Assembly (NCBI GenBank): GCA_963843515.1
Contig: CAWJKH010000009.1
Location: forward strand, 7,472 to 71,471
From: an uncultured Actinomycetota bacterium
GTDB lineage: Bacteria > Actinomycetota > Thermoleophilia > RBG-16-64-13
Direction of reading: 5' to 3'
Length of the DNA stretch: 64,000 nucleotides
Shown: in pieces, positions 19,739 through 28,507 of the stretch
How the letters are laid out: every line of letters begins with the position of its first letter
Numbering within the stretch: position 1 is the stretch's first letter
Position numbers and translations under genes: made by a program
The notes under the pieces: model-generated
Told to the model about the DNA's origin: nothing
The model's database searches: none
The model's input: the letters and a program-made list of their open reading frames with translations, nothing else

Positions 19739-20420
19739 CCCAAGGACCCCACCGGCCGGCGGCCGCTCCCGGCGCCGGCCCAAGCGCCGTTGGTCGCCGT
19801 CGCCTTGGCGTTCGCTGCTCGCCGTTTCCGCCGCCTTCGCGGTTGGCTGCATACCGGCCGCCCGCCTGGCGGCGTTGTTCGCGACGCCGGATCAGAGGGA
19901 GCGACTCGAGACTGTCAACCCCGGAACATCGAGCATCTACCGGGTGATGGGCAAGAAGGCCGCCGTGGCAGTATTCACCGGGGACGCCCTCAAAGGCCTG
20001 GTGCCTCCCCTCGTGGGCCGCGCCGCGGGAGCTGATCCCGTTACCGTCGATGCGCTGATGCTGGCGCCCCTGGCCGGGCACATCACCGTGGGCGGCGGCC
20101 GGGGCGTGGCCGCGCTGTGCGGGTCGGTGCTGGCCGGCGATCCCCCCGGGTTCTTCATCACACTGCCTGTGTGGGTGATTCCCACCGCCAAGAAGGAACA
20201 CGCCCGAGGAGTGCTGGTGGCCTGCTTGATGTTCCCACTGGTGAGGTGGTGGCTCGGACGCGGCAAGGCGCGCATTGCGCTGGGGACCTTGGTGCCTTTG
20301 CTTCTCATCTACGGCCGCCTGCGGGGCCAGGGCTGGGCAGGGACGCAGTGGACCCCGAATCTGCTCTGGGCGAGGATCACGTGCGACGCGGACTCTACGA
20401 GAGGAGGTGACATGGTATGA
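19728..20420 (+). CDS. divergent PlsY-family (glycerol-3-phosphate acyltransferase-like) membrane protein
   Basis: 'NPGTSSIYRVMGKKAAVAVFTGDALKG' and 'LAGHI...GGGRGVAALCG' resemble the PlsY 'GSGNPGATN', 'D..KG' and 'GH.....GGKGVA' motifs. Confidence 0.55.
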   Translation: MSRDPRTPPAGGRSRRRPKRRWSPSPWRSLLAVSAAFAVGCIPAARLAALFATPDQRERLETVNPGTSSIYRVMGKKAAVAVFTGDALKGLVPPLVGRAAGADPVTVDALMLAPLAGHITVGGGRGVAALCGSVLAGDPPGFFITLPVWVIPTAKKEHARGVLVACLMFPLVRWWLGRGKARIALGTLVPLLLIYGRLRGQGWAGTQWTPNLLWARITCDADSTRGGDMV

Positions 20421-20616
20421 CCGTCGAGCTGAAGACCTGAACCCGCTTGGTTCGTGCACGGGTTGCACGAAGCCAGCGCGTAGCGAATGACGAATCCCTT
20501 CGCCGCCGACGGACCTGCCGTCGCCTCTCGAGGACACATCCGGGCTAGACCCTCCTTCTCCTCCGAGCGGCCGGACGGACATCGTTCGACCGGCGCAACC
20601 AGACTAGGAGGAGACC

Positions 20617-21900
20617 GTGACCGACACCACTATCGACTACCGCCCCATGTGGGAAAGCCTCGGGCTGGACTTGGAAGCCCACGATATGCTGCTCGCCGCC
20701 ATCCCTCAGCTGTACCAGCAGGCCTACCTCACTCAGAACGACCGCCCCGAAGGGATGGCCTACTTCGACTTCGTGATGAGCGAGATCCACGGCCTGCGCG
20801 TCAAGGAACTGCTGGACCACAAGGCCGCCGGAGGCACGGTCATCGGCACGTTCTGTCTCTATGTGCCCGAGGAGATCATCCGAGCACTCGGGGGGATCGC
20901 CGTGGGCCTGTGCGCCGGCGCCGAGTGGGCCTATGACAAGGTGGAGCGCCTGCTGCCCGCGAACACGTGCGCTCTTGTCAAATCCTTCATGGGCTTCAAG
21001 TTGGGGAGGGTCTGCCCGTACGTGGAGTCGGCCGACCTCGTCATCGGCGAGACCACCTGCGACGGCAAGAAGAAGGCGTACGAGTTGTTCGCCGAGTTCG
21101 CGCCCGTCTTCGTGATGGAGCTCCCGCAGATGAAGCGGCCGCACGACCTCGTCCTGTGGCGCTCGGAACTCGACCGCCTGGTCGCCACTCTGGAGGAAGT
21201 GAGCGGGCGGAAGCTCACAGCCGACGCCCTTGCCCAGGCGATCAAGGAAGTGAACGGCAAACGCCGGGCCTTGCAGCGCCTGAACGCCGCACGAAAGGCC
21301 TCCCCGGTGCCGATCTCCGGCAAAGATGCCCTGCTCGCGGTACAGGTGGCCTTCTACGACGACGTGCCTCGCTTCACCCAGATGGTGAACAAGATCGCGG
21401 ACGAACTGGAGGCACGGATAGCAGCCGGGCAGGGGGTGGCCCCCAAGGACGCCCCGCGGCTGATGATCACGGGAAGCCCCATGAGCATCCCCAACTGGAA
21501 GCTGCACGACATCATCGAGAAGGCGGGCGGCGTCGTGGTGGCCGAGGAACTCTGCACCGGCTCGCGCTACTACGAGAAGCTGGTGCCGGAGACGGCGACC
21601 ACGGTCGAGGCGATGCTCGACGATCTCGCGGCGAAGTACCTCGACATCAACTGCGCATGCTTCACTCCCAACCAGGGACGCACCCACGACGTGCTTCGCC
21701 TCGCGCAGGAGTACGCCGTCGACGGCGTGGTCGACTACTCGCTCCGGTTCTGCGCCCCCTACTCCATCGAGGCGACGTCATTGGCACGCGCGGTAAGGGA
21801 GGCCGGGTACAACTACTTGAGCATCGACACCGACTATTCCGCCGGTGATGTGGGCCAGCTCCAGACTCGGCTAGAAGCCTTCCTCGAGATGATGGCCTGA
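20617..21900 (+). CDS. 2-hydroxyacyl-CoA dehydratase/BcrBD family protein (double-cubane-cluster type)
   Basis: GTG follows AGGAGG. 'GTFCLYVPEEII', 'TCALVKSF', 'GETTCDGKKK' and 'LCTGSRYY' supply the conserved Cys ligands of this family. Confidence 0.75.
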   Translation: MTDTTIDYRPMWESLGLDLEAHDMLLAAIPQLYQQAYLTQNDRPEGMAYFDFVMSEIHGLRVKELLDHKAAGGTVIGTFCLYVPEEIIRALGGIAVGLCAGAEWAYDKVERLLPANTCALVKSFMGFKLGRVCPYVESADLVIGETTCDGKKKAYELFAEFAPVFVMELPQMKRPHDLVLWRSELDRLVATLEEVSGRKLTADALAQAIKEVNGKRRALQRLNAARKASPVPISGKDALLAVQVAFYDDVPRFTQMVNKIADELEARIAAGQGVAPKDAPRLMITGSPMSIPNWKLHDIIEKAGGVVVAEELCTGSRYYEKLVPETATTVEAMLDDLAAKYLDINCACFTPNQGRTHDVLRLAQEYAVDGVVDYSLRFCAPYSIEATSLARAVREAGYNYLSIDTDYSAGDVGQLQTRLEAFLEMMA

Positions 21901-21919
21901 CGCGGTCCCCAGGTCTCCC

Positions 21920-21953
21920 GCCGCCCCGGTGCCGCCTGCGGTGCCGGGGCGGC
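21920..21953 (+). terminator. GC-rich hairpin just after the dehydratase-family gene
   Basis: Perfect 10-bp stem gccgccccgg / ccggggcggc with a 14-nt loop. No clear U-tract. Confidence 0.35.
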
Positions 21954-22226
21954 CGACGCGGGGTGCCACGGAGCCGGCGAAGGAGCATGTCGACCGCACG
22001 GTCGACCTCGCGCTTACGTCTAGCGCCCGCGATTCCTGGGTATCAACCTCGGACCCGTGCAGAAGCCTGAGAGGCGAGGCCCATGAGTCTCATATCGCGC
22101 GGTCTTGGGGGTCGGCGCGGTGCTGCTGGTTATGGTGCGGCGGCCCCCCGCTCTTCAGATCACGTTTGAAGGACTGAGGTCTCTGGATATCCCTGGCATC
22201 GAACAGACAGCAGAAAGGAGCACGCT

Positions 22227-22643
22227 ATGACGCCGGGCGTCAAAGGAAGCGGGACCCGCGAGGATCCTTGGCGTCTGACCACTCCGAGTGGCCAGTCCGA
22301 GATCGAGGCCTTCCGGGACGAGCAGTCCGATCCGGCAGCCCTGGTGGTGACCGCCGCCAAGACCGAGGTGCGCTATCTCCTGCGCGCCATCGACGACCTC
22401 TACGCCATGCTCAAAGCCGACGGCGGTTGGCTGCCGCTGGGCAGCGCCGACGAGCAGAAGGAGGCACAGGAGGGGACCGTCGAAGCCTGGGCCCGCTCGC
22501 CGCAGAACCCGGTGGGCGGCTGGTATGGACTCAAGAAGGGTCTGCGTGGACGGTTCGCCAACTACGTCCCTCCGGTGCTCGAGGTCCTCGGACTGGCTGA
22601 GGTCGAGCACAACCCCAGAGGTAACCGGATGCGGGCGATCTAG
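22227..22643 (+). CDS. conserved hypothetical protein (138 aa)
   Basis: ATG follows AAAGGAG. 'GTREDPW.L.TP' at the N-terminus and 'NPVGGWYGLKKGLRGRF..Y.PP.LE.LGLAEVEHN' at the C-terminus. Confidence 0.6.
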   Translation: MTPGVKGSGTREDPWRLTTPSGQSEIEAFRDEQSDPAALVVTAAKTEVRYLLRAIDDLYAMLKADGGWLPLGSADEQKEAQEGTVEAWARSPQNPVGGWYGLKKGLRGRFANYVPPVLEVLGLAEVEHNPRGNRMRAI

Positions 22644-22696
22644 CCAGCAGGCGGGCTGCCCGATCCCACCCCGACTGTCTGACTCAAGGAGGCACC

Positions 22697-23200
22697 ATGG
22701 GCGACCCGATCGGCACCAACGGCTATGTGGACCAGCTCAACAGCGCCCTCGCCCGGGAGTTGCAGGTCTCCCTGCAGTACATGCTCCAACACGCCATCGG
22801 GGCCGGTCTCAAGGGGGCGGGGCTCGGCCGCTTCTCATCCGACGCACAGGGCTCGTTCATCGCCAGCCACGCGCTCTACTTCATTCCCGGGCCGAGCCTC
22901 AAGAAGATCGCCATCACCGAGATGCGCCATGCGGAGGCCATCTCCGAGAGGATCGTGCTCATGGGCGGACGGCCGACCACGCAGCCCCATCCCATCGCGA
23001 TGGGTGAGACCGCAACGGAGATGCTACAAAACGACCAGGCTACCGAGCAGGAGGCCATCGACCTCTATACCCAGATCATCGCCGCGGCCGAGGCCGCCGG
23101 CGACTCCAGCACGGTCCACATGTTCCGCAAGATCCTCTCCGACGAGCGGAGGCACCACAAGACCTTCTCCGACTTGCTGGCCCGAGCTTCGCACCCCTGA
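22697..23200 (+). CDS. bacterioferritin-like ferritin-fold protein (paralog with an insertion)
   Basis: 'ARELQVSLQYMLQH', 'TEMRHAEAISERI' and 'SDERRHHKTFSDLL' parallel the gene at 1010-1456. About 20 extra residues lie between helices A and B. Confidence 0.7.
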   Translation: MGDPIGTNGYVDQLNSALARELQVSLQYMLQHAIGAGLKGAGLGRFSSDAQGSFIASHALYFIPGPSLKKIAITEMRHAEAISERIVLMGGRPTTQPHPIAMGETATEMLQNDQATEQEAIDLYTQIIAAAEAAGDSSTVHMFRKILSDERRHHKTFSDLLARASHP

Positions 23201-23234
23201 TCCGGTCAGAGCATCGCCCGCCGCAGAGGGGCCG

Positions 23235-23663
23235 CTACACGTTGTAGGCTTCGTGCCCGAGGGTCTTGACCCAGTTGGCGGCCAAGACCTTCTGCGCCTC
23301 TTCGGTCTGGTCCACCCCAAGGATGACGATGGCGTTGTTGCTCACCCGGCCCAGGTGCGGATAGAGGTAGTGCACGTTGATGCCGGCCGCCTTCAGCGGC
23401 TTCAGCACCCCCAGCATGCCGCCTGGGTGGTCAGGCACTTCCACGGCCAACACCTCGGTCTCCTTGGGAGTGTAGCCATTGGCGATCAGCATGTTCTTGG
23501 CCTTATCCGGGTCGTCGAACACGAAGCGCACGGTGCTCCGGTCGGAGGTGTCGGCCACCGAGATGGCTCGGATGTTCACGCCTTCCCGGCCCAGGCTCTC
23601 GCTGATGGTGGCGAGCGCGCCGGGGACATTGTCGAGACTCACCGACAGCTGTTTGATCGCCAC
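23235..23663 (-). CDS. ACT domain-containing protein
   Basis: GTG at 23663 follows AGGAG. There are two ACT-like halves ('LSVSLDNVPGALATISESLGREGVNI', 'LAVEVPDHPGGMLGVLKPLKAAGINV'). It is the last gene of the kor operon. Confidence 0.7.
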   Translation of the reverse strand: MAIKQLSVSLDNVPGALATISESLGREGVNIRAISVADTSDRSTVRFVFDDPDKAKNMLIANGYTPKETEVLAVEVPDHPGGMLGVLKPLKAAGINVHYLYPHLGRVSNNAIVILGVDQTEEAQKVLAANWVKTLGHEAYNV

Positions 23664-23667
23664 GCCG

Positions 23668-24237
23668 TCACTCCTGGATTCGTAGGCTGCCGAAGAACGA
23701 AGCAGCCCCACAGTTGTAGCCCAGGGCCAGGGCTTCCCGGTTGAGCTTGAGCAACTTGGCCTTGCCCTCGCCGAGTATCTCGGTGAGATTCTCGAGCATG
23801 CGCTCGTACGAGATCATGTTGCTCGCCCTCACCAGGGCACCGAGCATCACCATGTTTGCCACTTTCGTGGTGCCCAGTCCCTCGGCCAGTTCGGTGGTGG
23901 GTATGGCCAGGATCTCGATATCGCTGCGGGCGGTCTCGGTGTTGACGATGGATGAGTTCACACACAACAGGCCGCCGGGCTGCAGGATGCTCTGGAAGCG
24001 GGCAAACGAGGGCTGGTTCATGGCCACCACGAACTCGGGGTCGGAAGCCACCGGCGAGGCGATCTCCTCATCGGAGACCACCACCGTGCAGTTGGCCGTG
24101 CCGCCCCGCACCTCCACCCCGTAGGCCGGGAAGTAGGTGACGTATTTCCCCTCGAGCATGGCTGCCGTAGCGAGCGTGGTGCCCATCGAGAGCACGCCCT
24201 GGCCGCCGAAACCCGAGAACAAGGTCTTTACGAGCAT
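23668..24237 (-). CDS. korC: 2-oxoacid:ferredoxin oxidoreductase, gamma subunit
   Basis: 'FSGFGGQGVLSMG' and 'EVRGGTANCTVVVSDE'. Confidence 0.85.
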   Translation of the reverse strand: MLVKTLFSGFGGQGVLSMGTTLATAAMLEGKYVTYFPAYGVEVRGGTANCTVVVSDEEIASPVASDPEFVVAMNQPSFARFQSILQPGGLLCVNSSIVNTETARSDIEILAIPTTELAEGLGTTKVANMVMLGALVRASNMISYERMLENLTEILGEGKAKLLKLNREALALGYNCGAASFFGSLRIQE

Positions 24238-25052
24238 GCCGCCCCCTCGGAGGCCGGCGAGGCGCCGGGCGCTGCGCCACCTGCCGGCGCGTCACCGCCG
24301 TCTCCGGCGCGCGCGGCCGCGACGTCCTTGACCACCCCCAGCGGGAACTGCCGGCTCATCACCTCGTCCACCCAGGTGCACGCTTCCAGAGTGCCCATCT
24401 TCCAGGCCGTCGGGCAGGGCGACAGGATCTCCACCAGGGAGAAACCGGCTCCGTCGAGTTGCCGCTGGAAAGCCTTGCGGATGGCCTTCTTGGTCCTCAC
24501 CACGGCGGCCGGCCTGTTGACGGCCACCCGTTCCAGGTAGGCGGAGCCGTCCAACATGGAGAACACCTCGCAGATTCGCACCGGGTGGCCGGCCAGGCTT
24601 GAGTTCCGGCCCACTGGCGACGTGGTGGTCACCTGGTCGATAAGCGTCGTTGGTGCCATCTGGCCGCCGGTCATGCCGTACACGCCGTTGTTCACGAAGA
24701 TCACGCTGATGTTCTCTCCCCGGTTGGCGGCGTGGAACCCCTCGGCCGTCCCGATGGCGGCCAAGTCGCCGTCGCCTTGGTACGAGAAAACCAGGTTCTC
24801 CGGCCGGACGCGCTTGATGCCGGTCGCGACGGCCGAGCCTCGTCCGTGGGCCGACTCGATCACGTCGATCTCGAAGTAGTTGTAGAGCAGCATGCCACAG
24901 CCGGCCGGCGCCACGCAGATGGCCTTCTCGGCAAGGCCCATCTCCTCGATGACCTCCATGAGCAACCGGTTGATGATGCCGTGGCCACACCCAGGGCAGT
25001 AGTGGAAATGGGCGGGCTTGAGCAGCCGGGGCCGCTTGTAGACGGTCTTCAT
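24228..25052 (-). CDS. korB: 2-oxoacid:ferredoxin oxidoreductase, beta (TPP-binding) subunit
   Basis: ATG at 25052. 'HYCPGCGHG', 'GDGDLAAIG' and 'NNGVYGMTGGQ'. The C-terminus carries an Ala/Gly-rich extension. Confidence 0.9.
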   Translation of the reverse strand: MKTVYKRPRLLKPAHFHYCPGCGHGIINRLLMEVIEEMGLAEKAICVAPAGCGMLLYNYFEIDVIESAHGRGSAVATGIKRVRPENLVFSYQGDGDLAAIGTAEGFHAANRGENISVIFVNNGVYGMTGGQMAPTTLIDQVTTTSPVGRNSSLAGHPVRICEVFSMLDGSAYLERVAVNRPAAVVRTKKAIRKAFQRQLDGAGFSLVEILSPCPTAWKMGTLEACTWVDEVMSRQFPLGVVKDVAAARAGDGGDAPAGGAAPGASPASEGAACS

Positions 25053-25054
25053 GG

Positions 25055-26128
25055 TCACCTTCCCGTCCGGGCCGACTGCGCCTGGAGATAGTGGCGCGAC
25101 ACGATCCTGTAGAGCTCCACCGGCATGGGGATGACTCCGCCCGGCCTCCCGTAGAAATGCACGTTCGCTTTCCCCCCTAGCGCCAGCCTGACGTCTTCCA
25201 CCATCTGACCGGTGCTCATCTCGAACACGAAGAACTCGGCTACGTTCACCGCCAGCTCCTGTAGGACCTTGGTCGGGAAGGGCCACAAGGTGATGGGCCT
25301 GACCAAACCGACTTTGAGACCTTCCTCGCGTAGCCTTTTGATGGCTCCCCGGGCGATGCGCGCGCCCATGCCGTAAGCCACGACGATCATCTCGGCGTCG
25401 TCGGCCAGATAGGTCTCGTAGCGCACCTCGCGCTGCTCGATGAGCTGGAACTTGCGGTGCAGCTTCCAGTTGTGCTCCTCCTGAAGCTTGGCATCGAAGA
25501 TGAGCGAATAGATGTTCCGGGCCGGCCGGTCCCTGGCGCCGGTAAGGATGTAGTCCTTCCGATAGTCGGGGGGCCTTTTGAGCGAGTCGAAATCCACCGG
25601 CTCCATCATCTGCCCCAGCATGCCGTCGCCCAGAATGATCACAGGGTTGCGGTACTTGTCGGCGAGATCGAAGGCCAGCGGCACTATCTCGGTGAGCTCC
25701 TGCACCGAGCTCGGTGCCAGGACGATGGTCTTGTAGTCGCCGTGGCCGCCCCCGCGCGTGGCCTGGAAGTAGTCAGACTGCGACGGCGAGATGTTGCCCA
25801 TGCCCGGGCCGCCCCGAACCATGTTGACCACTACTGCGGGGAGCTCGTCGGCCACCAGGTAGGAGATGCCTTCCTGCTTGAGGCTCATACCCGGCCCGCT
25901 GGAGGAGGTCATGGCCCGCGCCCCGGCAGCCGAGGCACCCAAGACCATGTTGATGGCCGCGATCTCGCTCTCGGACTGGATGAACACCCCGCCTGCCTCG
26001 ACCATGCGCCTGGCCATGTGCTCGGTCAACTCGTTCTGAGGGGTGATGGGGTAGCCGAAGTAGGCCGTGCAGCCGGAAAGGATGGCCGCCTCCCCCAGGG
26101 CAGCGTTGCCGCTCATCAGGCGCTTCAT
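25055..26128 (-). CDS. korA: 2-oxoacid:ferredoxin oxidoreductase, alpha subunit
   Basis: 'GNAALGEAAILSGCTAYFGYPITPQNE' and 'MVRGGPGMGN'. The start ATG overlaps the ferredoxin stop (ATGA). Confidence 0.9.
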   Translation of the reverse strand: MKRLMSGNAALGEAAILSGCTAYFGYPITPQNELTEHMARRMVEAGGVFIQSESEIAAINMVLGASAAGARAMTSSSGPGMSLKQEGISYLVADELPAVVVNMVRGGPGMGNISPSQSDYFQATRGGGHGDYKTIVLAPSSVQELTEIVPLAFDLADKYRNPVIILGDGMLGQMMEPVDFDSLKRPPDYRKDYILTGARDRPARNIYSLIFDAKLQEEHNWKLHRKFQLIEQREVRYETYLADDAEMIVVAYGMGARIARGAIKRLREEGLKVGLVRPITLWPFPTKVLQELAVNVAEFFVFEMSTGQMVEDVRLALGGKANVHFYGRPGGVIPMPVELYRIVSRHYLQAQSARTGR

Positions 26129-26415
26129 ACCCGCTCCACCTCGATGGCCACTTCCGGGCACATCAGAGCACAGACGCCGCACCCGTTGCAGCTACTGCTT
26201 TCGCCGGCGGCACCGTCGAACGCAGCTACGAAATACCCCTTGAGGTTCAACTCCTCGGAGAGATGGATGCTCTTCTTGGGACAGAGCTCTATGCAGAACA
26301 GGCAGCCCTTGCAGCGCTCCCTGTCGATGTCGATACGCCCCTGCAATGGTCGGTTCCCCCCGCTCGATCCTGTGTGGTCTGGCCTGCGCGGCCGTGAAGC
26401 GCCGCGCAGGTTCAT
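26125..26415 (-). CDS. korD: 4Fe-4S dicluster ferredoxin (delta subunit of the oxidoreductase)
   Basis: 'CKGCLFCIELCP' and 'CNGCGVCALMCP'. The N-terminal extent is uncertain. Confidence 0.8.
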   Translation of the reverse strand: MNLRGASRPRRPDHTGSSGGNRPLQGRIDIDRERCKGCLFCIELCPKKSIHLSEELNLKGYFVAAFDGAAGESSSCNGCGVCALMCPEVAIEVERV

Positions 26416-26584
26416 ATGATAGCCCCTCCGCCCTCATGCCCGTCGCGCTCCTTGCCCGCCACCCCCATGCCCAGGCTGGTGGGCAGGGAAGCAGCTGGTT
26501 TGGGGCCGGGGGTCGCAGGGAACCCTGCTCAACGAGTCCACGCCACGAAGTCGGCAGGCCGCGGCCGGCGCAGGGAGGGGTACG

Positions 26585-27529
26585 GTGACGCGGAGACTCG
26601 CGGGCACGTCGTTCGTCGCCATATGCAGCTTTCTCATCCTGATCGTCAGCGTCGGGATGGTGGGCTGTGCTTTACCGTGGGCGTCGTCCCCCACAGCCAC
26701 GACCATCTCGTCCGACACGGTAGTGGCCCAGGTCATCGCCCGGTTGCAGTCCGCGCTGGGATTGCCGGCCGGGGCGATATCCAAGTCCTCGCAGCCGCCG
26801 CTGCTCTCCGGCTCCGATGTGGCCCTCCACTGGTCGGCGGGCAAAGCCGACGTCGACGTACACGGCGGATACATCCGCGCCATCCTGACCGACAGCACGC
26901 AGACGACCTCCGGATCGACGCTGTCGATTTCCGAACTGGGCAAGAAGGCAGACCTGTACATGGGCCTTCTCGGGTGGGATGGTGCAAGCCTCAGGACTCA
27001 GGGCTTCACCGAGGGTGAAGCGAAGATGGTCGATCGTGGCGACAACGGGGCCGTCTACCAGAAGACGTGGGTCGGCCACGACTCGAATGGCGTACCCAAC
27101 GAGGGGGTCATCGAGGTCGGACTCGACGCCACCAACGGCCGACTTCACAGCTTTCTCTTCGATCCGGGACCGGCGACCGCCCTCGACTCATCAGATACCA
27201 TCACGAAGAGCGAGGCCATGATGACGGCCAAGGAAGCGACAACCAGCAGGTCGCCCAGTTCATCGCCTACCTCGGCATCGGGGCCGACTACCGCGAGCAG
27301 CGCGCCGAGCGGCGCATCGGGGGAGGGCTCCACATCGACCACCGTAGCTCCTCCGCTCGAGGTGGTGGACGCCACCTTGATCCACACGAACAAGACCGGG
27401 ATAACCGGCGGAAGAGACATGCTGGTGTGGCTCGTCAAGCTCGCTCGCCCGGCGACGTCGGCCGCCGGAGGCGCCACTGTCTATGTCGACGCGGTGAGCG
27501 GGGACGTCCTGGTGGTAATCGCCACCTGA
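26585..27529 (+). CDS. lipoprotein with a C-terminal PepSY-like fold, function unknown
   Basis: Signal peptide with lipobox 'MVGC'. Ser/Thr/Pro linker. The C-terminal 'ATVYVDAVSGDVLVV' is PepSY-like. Confidence 0.5.
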   Translation: MTRRLAGTSFVAICSFLILIVSVGMVGCALPWASSPTATTISSDTVVAQVIARLQSALGLPAGAISKSSQPPLLSGSDVALHWSAGKADVDVHGGYIRAILTDSTQTTSGSTLSISELGKKADLYMGLLGWDGASLRTQGFTEGEAKMVDRGDNGAVYQKTWVGHDSNGVPNEGVIEVGLDATNGRLHSFLFDPGPATALDSSDTITKSEAMMTAKEATTSRSPSSSPTSASGPTTASSAPSGASGEGSTSTTVAPPLEVVDATLIHTNKTGITGGRDMLVWLVKLARPATSAAGGATVYVDAVSGDVLVVIAT

Positions 27530-27557
27530 CGCAACGGCCGGCGCCCCTTGGGGACCC

Positions 27558-27581
27558 GGCGACGCCGCGCTCCGCGTCGCC
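27558..27581. terminator. hairpin between convergent genes (possible bidirectional terminator)
   Basis: Perfect 8-bp stem ggcgacgc / gcgtcgcc with an 8-nt loop. Confidence 0.35.
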
Positions 27582-27590
27582 TGCCCGTTC

Positions 27591-28409
27591 TCAGCTCAGT
27601 TGGTGGCGCGGCACCTCGATGTTCGGCTCTCCCTTGATACTTTCCACCAGATGCACCGCTCGCTCCAAATCTTCCTTCGCGCCCTCCAGCAACAAGACGA
27701 CGGCACCCTCATTGCCCGCTATGCCCCCACAGCCCACGACCCGAGCATGCACACCGGCGAGAACGGCCAGCGCCTGGATTTCGGTGACCACAAGCGCGCT
27801 GGTCAGAGCGAAGTACCCGATCTTGATGCCCATGGAGTAGTCGAGAGTCCCCTGCCCCCAGCCCTGGGCAGCCTCGGGGACTGAGGCTATCTGCTTCTCC
27901 AGCCCCACCGGGCATATGATGGGGATCCCGCGCGCAGCCGCCGGCCCGAACACGAAGCCCATGGCCCCGCCGTTCTCATTGGCCAGGAAGATCCCCACGA
28001 TCCCGCCGGCGTCGACGGCGTTCGCGCCCTTTATGATGGCATCGTCTTTCCCCATCGTCTTGACGAACTCGGGATAGGGGATGTCGACCCGCTCACCCTC
28101 GAGGAAACAGCGCCCGTTGACCCGCCCCTCCTCGAGGCTCATGGTCAGGAGCCCGTCGGCGCTCATGCCCATTGAGAACCGGGGGGGCTCCAGCTTCTCG
28201 CCGGTCACCTCCTCCAAGACGAAGCTGGTGGTGCCGCCGGACAGGATGGCCAGTCGTCCGCTCCCATATGCGTTCTGCACCTCCGGAAGCGCAGCCACTG
28301 CCTTGGCGAGCAGCCGGCGCGATTCCGCCGGCGTCAGCACGACCATCGCCTGTTTGAGACTCCCGCGGTCATTCAGCTCGACCTGACACGGGTAGAACAT
28401 CGGAATCAC
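27591..28409 (-). CDS. conserved hypothetical protein (272 aa)
   Basis: Clean ORF with high G+C at third codon positions. Gly-rich loops ('LSGGTTSF', 'NENGGAMGF', 'VGCGGIAGNEGA'). No family recognised. Confidence 0.6.
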   Translation of the reverse strand: MIPMFYPCQVELNDRGSLKQAMVVLTPAESRRLLAKAVAALPEVQNAYGSGRLAILSGGTTSFVLEEVTGEKLEPPRFSMGMSADGLLTMSLEEGRVNGRCFLEGERVDIPYPEFVKTMGKDDAIIKGANAVDAGGIVGIFLANENGGAMGFVFGPAAARGIPIICPVGLEKQIASVPEAAQGWGQGTLDYSMGIKIGYFALTSALVVTEIQALAVLAGVHARVVGCGGIAGNEGAVVLLLEGAKEDLERAVHLVESIKGEPNIEVPRHQLS

Positions 28410-28507
28410 TCCTCTCGGACTGGGACCAGGACTGCGCCTCGGACGGCGCCGGCTGTGAGCGCGTCTGCTGTCAACACGTCGCCGGCGGGCGCCTCACGCG
28501 CGAGACA

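Noticed and set aside
26416-27018. 200-aa ORF (plus other short ORFs) in the kor / lipoprotein divergent region
   Set aside because: Arg-rich translation, overlap with the supported lipoprotein gene in another frame, and no RBS.
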